NCBI GenBank assembly: GCA_964019425.1
Contig: OZ025806.1
Span: 682,001-746,000, forward strand
DNA from: Flectonema sp. DT1601
Lineage: Eukaryota
Length of the DNA stretch: 64,000 bases
Direction: 5' to 3'
The position numbers and the translations under genes are program-made. The notes under the pieces are model-generated. The model worked only from the letters and a program-made list of their open reading frames with translations. It was not told the DNA's origin and did not search any database. Below, one piece after another: positions 55,241 to 64,000 of the stretch; within the stretch, counting starts at the first letter, position 1; the number at the start of each line of letters is the position of its first letter.

Positions 55241-55593
55241 TTTTTCTCGTTGTATTTTTTTTAGATTCACATTAGAGTAGTTATATATAAAAAAGGGGTG
55301 TTCTTTTTGTTTTTATCGTTCCCCAATATCTCCTCTCCTACTCGCTGTTGGTCAAAAAAAACTTTAGATCGATTCCTTGAATAGAGGCTAGTCTGGCCTA
55401 TTTGGTAGAAATCCTATGGAAGAATAAAATAAAATAAAAATAATCGTCGTTTGAATCTCTTTATAACTTTTTCTTATGTTTTTTCATAGGATAATAATGG
55501 TGATTTGATTTGGATTCTTGGTTGTGGATTTTATTATTGTGAGATTGAAAATTTTTTCAAAAAAAAAAAAATTATAGCATACAACAAAAAACA

Positions 55594-56487
55594 ATGGTAG
55601 CTCAGGAACCTCCCCATGCTGGGATACCAGAGCAGCATATGGAGATTACTGTACCAATAAAACCTGCCGTTGCGCAGGGATTTAATTATCCGCAACCGAG
55701 TGCTCCCCCACCACCGAGTGCACCACCAGCTCCGGAAGATGACTTGTCGAACGTAACGGACATGGCATTTCCGAGAACTCTTGCAGAGACTTTGGAATGG
55801 GCGAGACTTGCGATCCACGCTGACAGAGTTGATAGAGATGTTGAGAAGGCAATAAAACTTTATGATGGTTCAGTTATTGGATTTCTAAACTACGAATCAA
55901 GTGAATCAAATCCACAACTTAGAATGCAATATCGACCATACGTAAAGCAATATGGAGAGAGGTCTGAGGCAATCAAACTTAACCTAAAGAATATGAGAGC
56001 CAGAGCGAGAGCTGCTGTCATTGAAGCTGAGCGACAAGAACGGAGAGCTGCAAATACTTCTTCTAGTAGCAGTGTTCCAACCAGTGGTCCTACTAGTGTT
56101 ACTCAAACACAGGCTACCCGAGCTACAACTCCGCCACCTCGACAGTACGGATGGGATGGAACTTCCTTCAGTGGAATTCGTAGGGGTCAATATGACTCTG
56201 CGGTAGCAGCTTTTGAAAATGCCAAAGTAGCCGAAGCTCGAGGAGAAATACAAAAAGCTCGAGACCTATACACTGAATCCGCTACTCACTTTAATGAATT
56301 TCAAAAGGTATGTTGTTCTTATATCTTTTGTGGTGTTATTTTTGTCTTGATTTGAAATGACACAAATGATTAAATACAACAGACCGAACCCGATAGAAAC
56401 ATTGTCGTACAGATTTGTAATAAAACTGCTGAGATTCTGACTAAGGCGGAAGCACTTGATGCGAAACTGAGACGGGGAAACACGTAA
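55594..56487 (+). CDS. Tandem MIT-domain protein; exons 55594-56307, 56383-56487
   Basis: ARLAIHADRV..DVEKAIKLY..SV..FL..ESNP..R..Y..RSEAIK and a second unit AVAAFENAKVAEARGE..KARDLY.ESA..F..|TEPD...ILTKAEAL; intron 56308-56382. Confidence 0.72.
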
Positions 56488-56852
56488 TGTTAATCTTTAT
56501 ATAAAAGAAGCTTATCGTGGCTACTTAGCGAATCAGTTTCTTGATTGCTGTCGAGCTTGCATAGTATTGCATTTATTTGATCTCTGCTTCACTCATTAAA
56601 TCAACCATGTTTGCGCATTCTTTCCCTCAATTATTATATTAGTTTTTTCTGGTTTGTTTTTTTCAACTACAAAACATGCTTTGCTCTTGCCGATTGCATT
56701 GTTTTTTTTTTTCCTTCTTCTTTTCTTTTTTTTTTTTTTTTATAAAAAAGAAAAAAATATCGAAGCAATTAAATTTCTTTTTTTTTGTCACAGAAAAAAA
56801 AAAAAAAAAAAAAAGTAATAATTACACATTACAATTTATCGTAAAACGAGCC

Positions 56853-57695
56853 ATGGAAGAAAATGAAAAGCAACCAGTGATAGCAGTTGCTGACGTCAGA
56901 TCTACAGAAATCTTTTCAGAAGGTCAAATACGAAATTACGAAGTACTCTTTCAGCAATGCGACGAAGATGATGTTTCTTACCTCACTCTCGCAGAAGTTG
57001 AAAAACCGTTTCGATTGGCGTACGCTCACAGAAGTCTGGATTTTGATAAAGCACGTCTTAAAAAATTATCAAGCGAAATGGAGAACCACCTTAAAAGAAA
57101 CGGAGATGAAAAATATTATCCAGCTTTATTTACTTGTGAACAATTCATTCAGATGCTCGCAGTTGACGCGGCAAGAGAAGGACTTTCTAAGAAATTATCA
57201 GAAAATGAAATAACAAATGCGAAAATTTCATTCACAAAACACTCAACGGACGATAAAGCTGATCTAAAAACAATATTGCAATGCATGTTGTCAAATGGAC
57301 AGTGGGATATAACTGAAACTGTTCTGCAGGGGAACCTGAATTCTTTATTCGGAGAAGGAACATCCTCAATATCGCAGGAGCAGTACATACAACTTCTGGG
57401 TACTTCATCAACTCAACCAATTGTTATCATAAGTGAAGGTGACTACGGGCCTTCATGGTGTAGTTGGTGTCGATTTGTCAAGACAATTCATTCTCCTGTA
57501 GTCAAAACAATGCCAGTTGGAAGGCAGAGCTATTTTTGTAAACGTTGTCTTCTCCGAACCCTTCGCTGTTTAAAATGTGAATCAGCCATGACTAAAGGTG
57601 GTTCTTGGTGGGACGATCTTTGGTGTTCCGTGTGCAACCAAGAAATAAAATCCTGGGAGGACCCAAGACAGTATCGAGGTTGTCACTGCATGTGA
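56853..57695 (+). CDS. Degenerate EF-hand protein with C-terminal multi-CxxC zinc-binding region
   Basis: LFQQCDEDDVSYLTLAEV; CSWC, CKRC, CLKC, CSVC; first ATG after the low-complexity region is at 56853. Confidence 0.65.
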   Translation: MEENEKQPVIAVADVRSTEIFSEGQIRNYEVLFQQCDEDDVSYLTLAEVEKPFRLAYAHRSLDFDKARLKKLSSEMENHLKRNGDEKYYPALFTCEQFIQMLAVDAAREGLSKKLSENEITNAKISFTKHSTDDKADLKTILQCMLSNGQWDITETVLQGNLNSLFGEGTSSISQEQYIQLLGTSSTQPIVIISEGDYGPSWCSWCRFVKTIHSPVVKTMPVGRQSYFCKRCLLRTLRCLKCESAMTKGGSWWDDLWCSVCNQEIKSWEDPRQYRGCHCM

Positions 57696-58337
57696 TCTTT
57701 TTTTTTTTTTTTTTTTTTAAATATTATTTCCGTATTTATATAATGTAAGAAACCTATAAAGAAAAGAAAAAAGTAGTTTTCTTTCTTTCTTTTTTTTTTC
57801 CATGTTCTCTCGCATTGTTTTTTTTTTTGCTGCAAAGCCATCTCACTGAGGCCGCCTTTTGCGCGTCTTCACGTTTTACACTGCGACAAAACTGTGTGTG
57901 TTTCAATCATACAAAGCTCGCTGAATTAGCCTATGCAGATCGTGTTTAAGGATTTACACTCACGACGTGATGATCACAAAAACACTTATCACGTAACTGC
58001 CACGGGTTAATTCATCGTTTTGGAGACTACCTTTTATTTTCCCCCAAGTGTGCAGTACCTTAAAATCTTTTATATAAAAGAAGGAAAGAAAAGGGGGGGG
58101 AAAAAAAACAGAAAAAAACAAAAGCGAAGATCGTTATTTTTGTATTCTCTGGTCACAAAAGTTTTTTTTTTACACTCAATATTATCTGAACGACTACGTG
58201 GATCGAGTAATTTACATTTAACAAACCTTTTTCTGTATTACAAGTGAGTTGTATACTATTTTATTTTCCTCCTTCTCTTATGTCTCTCTTACAGTCTGAC
58301 TTGTGTAGTCAATTCATTTTCCACAGAGAATCTCAAT

Positions 58338-58916
58338 ATGTCGACTAAGGCAAACATTTTCTCCCTTTGGATAATAAATAAGTCTGGAGGACTGGTATAC
58401 AATAGAGTATGATAATGTCTTTTTTTCTGATTCCAAAAAAAAAAATCACCCCACATATGAAAAAAAAAAAAAAACAGGATTTTGTGGGAGCAAAGGCATT
58501 AGACGTAAATTCATTATTAAAAACTGCTGGAATGTTCCACGGATTACATGCTATAAGCAGACAATTTTCTAGCAATCCAGGTATGTAGGTAAAACATTAA
58601 AAAAAAAAAAAAAACGTAAGAAGCAAAAAAAACCAACAAGAAACCAACAGGTGAATGCAGTGGTATAGAAATTATCGAGGCAGACATGTTCAAATTCTTC
58701 TGTTTTGAAAGTCAAAGTGGTATAAAATTTCTCTGTTCGACAGAGCCTGGATTTCATAGTGCGAATGCTTTTTTAGAAGCAGTATACCGCCTGTATTCAG
58801 ATTACGTTTTGAAAAATCCTTTTTATGTTGTTGACCAGTTTGGTATCGGACAGCCTATAAGAGTGGAGCGTTTTGAACAAAAATTAGATACCTTAGTAAA
58901 AGAGTGGAATCCTTGA
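58338..58916 (+). CDS. TRAPPC4: TRAPP complex subunit 4 (Trs23/sybindin family); exons 58338-58406, 58478-58580, 58651-58916
   Basis: The spliced product reads IFSLWIINKSGGLVYNR|DF...LKTAGMFHGLHAISRQFS..G|..SGIEIIEADMFKFFCFESQSGIKFL...YSDYVLKNPFY....PIR. Confidence 0.9.
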
Positions 58917-59044
58917 TAGGGAGGTACTCTGTTTCCACACACCGTTTGTTGTTTCGGTCCGTTCGATTACTAACCCGCTAAGTAATAATTTGTGGTAATT
59001 ATTTTATATAACTTATATCTTATCCCTCAGAGTAACAACATGCA

Positions 59045-62000
59045 ATGTCAGTTCGTTCAGTAGATCGCATAACCGCATGCGAAAAAGAAAACCGAATCTA
59101 TGTACGATCAGTATGGGGTACGGAGAAATCAACAAAGGACTGCGTAGATGTGTCTCAACTTCAAGGTGTATATGTGAGAGCTGATAAAGTTCTTCATGAA
59201 GGACACCCAGTCTGGGCTGGACCAATTGACCCCAGATTAGGCTATTCCGTAACCAAACCAGGTCCCTGCCGAGTCTATTCCCACCCTGAAGGAAAGAATG
59301 GATTAGTTTGGATGATTTCTGATAACGTAAACATGACTCAAGACATGGGATTACCTGGTTTACTGAAAGGATGTGAAGTTCATAATGGACGTCCTCCATT
59401 CGCATCAAAAGCATGGAAAGTTGCAAATATGAAAATAAAATCTTGGGTTCCAGCTCCTCGAAATCCCATAGCAAAAGTTGAAGGTAAAATTAGATATTTC
59501 GTAAGCTGTCCTATGCGACCACAGATTCAAGGGATGTACGATTTGGTACAAATGATTGACGGTCTACCTTGTTGGGGTCACACAGTCTTTCGACTATCTC
59601 CTGACAAGGAAGGATTCTGGGTCATAACCGAGCTCGTGGGTAAAATTGAAAAAAAACTTGTCAAGAGCGAGGTTCACGACGGTCGACAACCTCACCAAAT
59701 GCGGTTCTGGAAAGCTTCATGTGCTGTAAAGAAAGTATGGCAACCAGCTAGAGTCAGTATTGAAGCAGTTGACGTATCCACATCCATGGGAAATGCATTA
59801 AAGAATTCATCACAAAAATGTTCTGAAATCCAAGCCGCCTTATCATCACAGATGAACGCAAATGCACCTGCTGCAGTTGAGGTTATGTGTCCAGCTGTAT
59901 CAAAGTACAGTGGGCATTATGAATTATCAAAAAGTAGACACAATGAGAGCCCTTACTGGGAAAAGAATGATAAAAGACTCTATTGTGATAATCATGGACA
60001 TTGGCATTTTACTGAACATGCTTCTGGAATGCTTTATGGATTTGCGGGGATTCGGTCTGCAAACCTCCACCAAGGACGGCTCCCTCACCAAATGCCAACC
60101 TGGTCAGTTGCAGAACAAAAGGGAACTCGAACAATCTGGAGAGACGCATCTGAGGTGACGATTTTACCAGCTGGTCCGATGGGTGCAGCAGAAGAAGCCT
60201 TACAGGTAAGAGTTAAGAAACTAATAGAAGAAGTTACTAGACTGCGATCTGTCGGAAGTGGTGAAGTTGAAACTTTTGAAAATCAAAGATACATTATCCT
60301 AAAGGGTTGGGGTCAAATAATGCTCCCACATGACAGACCTCCATGGTCAAATGATAATGGGAAAACTCCTTTAACTAAAGACGATTGTAATCTACCAGCT
60401 GACTGTGAATGGGATGGTGATTGGGTTCTTGATAAGAAAGGAATGCCAAGTAATAATGGTTGGGTGTACGCATCAGACTTTCCGGGAGTAACAATGAAAT
60501 TTCATCCAAAGAGAGGTCTGACAGATGTAATGAGACGTCGTAGGTGGTACCGAAAGTACAAACCAATCATCGAATCAAATATTGAAACTGAAAAAAAGAA
60601 ACCTCCTCCCAGCTCCGTCAGTTCCTCAGAAGGATCTGTTTATGAAGTTGCTGCAGACGATGACGATGCTGAAAGTCTTTCTCGTTCTCAAACTCTCAGT
60701 AATAACCAAAAAAGAGTTTCTCTACTACTTCCAACATCTGTTAATATGGAAGGTAGTTCATCAGTAGTTGAGAATACAATCCCAACAACATCAGCATCAG
60801 AAGATAGTAATTCTGCTCCTTGTTTAAAGGCACAACGAACAGAAGCAGTCTTACGATTAATCGAAACTGAATTAGATTTCAAAGATAACTGTGACGAGAG
60901 AATGGTACTTGAGAAAATCCAACGAGTAACTCACTGGTTAGAGGCACTAGAGACACCAGCATCTCCTGAGACACCATCAAATGATGCTCTCTCTGGGTCA
61001 TTACCATCACCTTCACCATTCCAACTTGAGAGAGAACCTCGCATTGCTGAAGCATTAAAATGTTTAAAAGAAGAAGTATTCGCATTTCGTCAAGAGCCAA
61101 CAAGAGTTGCATTTTCCCCAGCAAGAAGCCTATCAATATACGAAGCTACTAACAAGTTAGCCTGGGAAGTAACTTCAAATAAACGCCTGGGAGCGATTAT
61201 GTGTCTGACAGCAATCGTATTAAACAAATTCATCCCAGAGCCGTTACTTGAGATTGATGTCAATATGAAGACAGTGATGTCTATTTCAGACACATCAAGT
61301 TCTTCAGATTCTTGTAAGAAAGATACATTGCGACCAAGGTCACAGTCACAGTCACAGTCATTACTAAGCAGCACACGTTCTGCAATTGCACGAAGGCTGT
61401 CGGTATTCTCATTTAAAAGCAGTGGAACAAAAGTTAGTAAAACAGCAAAAGAAATTGATCAAGGTGACTGCGCTGTTGCTGTCCATCCTGACAGCATACA
61501 ACTGGACCTTCCGTGTAAATCTTCAGCTGAAGTAGAGCCAGGGATGAAACGCAGGCTTGTTAATCGCATACGGAGAAAGAAAAAAGTTCCATCGAGTCTT
61601 CCACCTACACCACCACCACCAACACCTTTACCGTCTTCCGTACAGCCATCACTGAAGTGTGATGACCTTACTGGGCTTACAAATAAATTAATAAAAAAGT
61701 ATGGATCGAATAGGGGATTCATTGCATACCTCTCTGGTATATCAACTGGTAAACAGTGTGATGAACAACAACTACTACATACCTTTAAAAGAGCAGATAT
61801 TGGTTATGATGATGCAAAGTTATTAATGAATACAATCGACTCACTCTGGTTATCAGATATTCAGTATTGGATTGAGGATTCTAGAAAACCCGTCGCCATA
61901 ACATGCGCCAGTTCAGTTCTGGCGCTGGCTGTTATTGCTGTGGTTGATGCATATCGTCTTAGACGGTTGTCTTCACAGTTTTCTGTTATTTCTTCTCCAT

Positions 62001-62638
62001 ACAGAAGTGTTCGTCGATCATTCTACAGCTCTCCTCCCTCAAGTGGAATAACTGATGTAGTTTGTTTTGTAATGATGTCTGGTGAATGTCCTAATCTATC
62101 TCCTTCTCGATTGTCTGCAGCAGTGAAGTCATTACTTGTCCAGAGACTTGGTATCACTTCAGACAGAATTGTTGACTTGAAAACTTCGATAACAAAAAGA
62201 AACGCAAGTTGTCAATTTCGGGTAACTGCTGGCGGACGGGATGCAGTTCGAACATTATCAAGAGCACCAGGTTGGAGTGTTCGAGGTGTTGCTGGTCGTT
62301 GGATAATCACCAGATCATCACCTTGTATTGAGTCAGATCTTGGTGACTGTCCACTTGGTCATAAAATGACACCCGTAGCAGTCCCTTATCCTGGTGTTCC
62401 TTGTGATGGGAGAAAGTGTGGTGGGGTTGATTGGACTCTTCGATCAGCTGCTGCATTCGGTTGCCTCTTTTGTGAATATTCTATTTGTGATTCTTGCGCT
62501 GGTATACCACAACAGCTTTCACCTAGTCGTTCGTGTGATAATTCACGCAGTAGCTATTCTTCATTCTCTCCCAGTTTAGCAACACGTCTTGCAGCACTAC
62601 AACGCCGCGTTGACAGGTGTGAGTCTGACATGTCGTAG
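59045..62638 (+). CDS. Multidomain protein: three W/H-rich repeats, DysF (dysferlin/peroxin) domain, C-terminal Cys/His zinc finger
   Basis: DysF motifs FENQR..GW...DRPPWS..LP..CEWDGDW....GWVYASDF....VMRRRRWYR; terminal CPLGH..CDGRKC..FGCLFCEYSICDSC. Confidence 0.8.
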   Translation: MSVRSVDRITACEKENRIYVRSVWGTEKSTKDCVDVSQLQGVYVRADKVLHEGHPVWAGPIDPRLGYSVTKPGPCRVYSHPEGKNGLVWMISDNVNMTQDMGLPGLLKGCEVHNGRPPFASKAWKVANMKIKSWVPAPRNPIAKVEGKIRYFVSCPMRPQIQGMYDLVQMIDGLPCWGHTVFRLSPDKEGFWVITELVGKIEKKLVKSEVHDGRQPHQMRFWKASCAVKKVWQPARVSIEAVDVSTSMGNALKNSSQKCSEIQAALSSQMNANAPAAVEVMCPAVSKYSGHYELSKSRHNESPYWEKNDKRLYCDNHGHWHFTEHASGMLYGFAGIRSANLHQGRLPHQMPTWSVAEQKGTRTIWRDASEVTILPAGPMGAAEEALQVRVKKLIEEVTRLRSVGSGEVETFENQRYIILKGWGQIMLPHDRPPWSNDNGKTPLTKDDCNLPADCEWDGDWVLDKKGMPSNNGWVYASDFPGVTMKFHPKRGLTDVMRRRRWYRKYKPIIESNIETEKKKPPPSSVSSSEGSVYEVAADDDDAESLSRSQTLSNNQKRVSLLLPTSVNMEGSSSVVENTIPTTSASEDSNSAPCLKAQRTEAVLRLIETELDFKDNCDERMVLEKIQRVTHWLEALETPASPETPSNDALSGSLPSPSPFQLEREPRIAEALKCLKEEVFAFRQEPTRVAFSPARSLSIYEATNKLAWEVTSNKRLGAIMCLTAIVLNKFIPEPLLEIDVNMKTVMSISDTSSSSDSCKKDTLRPRSQSQSQSLLSSTRSAIARRLSVFSFKSSGTKVSKTAKEIDQGDCAVAVHPDSIQLDLPCKSSAEVEPGMKRRLVNRIRRKKKVPSSLPPTPPPPTPLPSSVQPSLKCDDLTGLTNKLIKKYGSNRGFIAYLSGISTGKQCDEQQLLHTFKRADIGYDDAKLLMNTIDSLWLSDIQYWIEDSRKPVAITCASSVLALAVIAVVDAYRLRRLSSQFSVISSPYRSVRRSFYSSPPSSGITDVVCFVMMSGECPNLSPSRLSAAVKSLLVQRLGITSDRIVDLKTSITKRNASCQFRVTAGGRDAVRTLSRAPGWSVRGVAGRWIITRSSPCIESDLGDCPLGHKMTPVAVPYPGVPCDGRKCGGVDWTLRSAAAFGCLFCEYSICDSCAGIPQQLSPSRSCDNSRSSYSSFSPSLATRLAALQRRVDRCESDMS

Positions 62639-63867
62639 ATAAAAATATTACCCAGCGCCCCCATGGTTGGGATTTATATTCTTTTCTTCATTTTTTTTTT
62701 GATTTATAAACCAAAGTAAAAATAGCACAAAGAAATAATTTTTTGAAACACTTACCTGTAGAAATATTTACCAACCCTCAGTAAGATGTTATTATTTGAT
62801 TAACACAGCCATCAGGGCCACTCACTCCCAAGATTTATTTTCTGCGTTAAGACTTTTGTCTATGTTCCTATACCTACTCTACAATTCATCTAACTTTAAA
62901 AACAAAACAAAAAAAAAAAAATAGTTTTTAGTGGCATCGTACTCTATTTCTTAGGGGGTGTCTTCTTCTTGCGTTTTTGGTTTTTTTTCATCCGCACCGA
63001 AGTCGGCTGTTGTGGCTTAGAAGTTGACTTCATGATAATTAGATTTGTTGTGTTGACAGACGTCAGGCGAGCAAGTAGCCCGACTCCGTCCGTAGTTGTT
63101 TTTGCCCATCGTGTTCTTTGGTTAGTGTTTTTTATTACCATTACTGTGGTTTTAATTATTCGCTCGCCTACCTTGGGAAAATGTTAAAGAAAATTCTGTA
63201 TCAATCTGTTGTGGTGCCATATCTTTGTTTCTTGTACTTATGTGTTGTGTTTGTTTATTAAATTCTGTGTGTGGATCTTGTGAATATTTTCCTTTTTTTT
63301 TTCTTTTCTTTTCTGGTTTGTTTTTCCAGAAAAGGTCGGCGGCAGTAGGGAATATAAAAAAAAGAAACATCCGAATACATGCCGCCAGAACGTCTCTTTT
63401 CATTTCCGAAATCCTTATTGTGTTGATCATGGTCACTCAACGGTCCATTACTTAAACGGCTCTGAACTGAGCCAAGATAAGATTTCTTTTTTTTTCTTTT
63501 TTTTATTTTTTTTTCCAGATAAAAATAGTAATATCGATTGCTTTATCACAACGGGTTCTTTTATTTTAACTAGATCCTCTAAGTCGAACCCAACTGGTTT
63601 TTCATTTTAGCTATTGTTGGTTAATTGTTTTCTTTTCACCTTAACGTCCTAGTCTATCACTCTCTCTTATCAGTTTGTGTAGAAAGGTAAGCTGCATACG
63701 ATTGATTGGGTCAAGCCCAACCTGCATTTTTATCTGTTGTCGTCTAGATGGATGAGTGTTTTTATCGACTACTAGCTATTCTTGGAAACTATCCTCAGCG
63801 TTGATTGAACCTCGTGGAACCCACTTAATTTCTAATAACCTTTTTTTTTTTTTTTTTTTTTTTTTTG

Positions 63868-63960
63868 AGCCAACAAAGTTGAAGAAGAAGCTATTTTGAT
63901 ATATCGTGAATGTCATTCTCCCGTGCGTCAGTATTACTGGTCTTTGATATGTGAATGCTT
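63868..63960. repeat. T-tract-embedded dispersed repeat family, copy D (diverged)
   Basis: ccaacaaagttgaagaagaagctattttgat...cccgtgcgtcagta..., aligning to copy A. Confidence 0.6.
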
Positions 63961-64000
63961 TTTAAGAGGGAGTCTGGCATATTCATATCCACCACGAACA

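Noticed and set aside
62944..63455. Short ORFs near the window end, and similar poly-K/poly-F ORFs in spacers
   Set aside because: Low-complexity translations of A/T tracts with no protein-like features.

Overview
Eukaryotic, AT-rich window with poly(A)/poly(T)-rich spacers. All ~28 credible genes and the retroelement lie on the + strand, and about ten short GT-AG introns are predicted. This suggests a euglenozoan polycistronic gene cluster, probably diplonemid-like (inference). Recognisable genes include a PTEN/C2-formin, a vacuolar H+-pyrophosphatase, FPGS, Ku80, an SR-like RRM protein, PIG-A, a Nudix CoA pyrophosphatase, a divergent MsrA-like protein, mitoribosomal bL9, an MIT-domain protein, TRAPPC4 and a DysF-domain protein. 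The standout is a young ~9.7 kb Penelope-like retroelement (22577-32280). It has an N-terminal GIY-YIG endonuclease, a CxC linker and an RT (Naiad/Chlamys-type order), 1.6 kb pseudo-LTRs, and junctions at (C)n runs. Its 2215-aa ORF carries an apparent Josephin-like cysteine protease and possibly a dead OTU-like domain. Each pseudo-LTR holds a complete hammerhead ribozyme core in an unusual topology, with the GUA cleavage strand inside the stem II loop. Short 3'-end derivatives with target-site duplications and several small structured dispersed repeats also occur. All calls were made by eye; no database searches were run.
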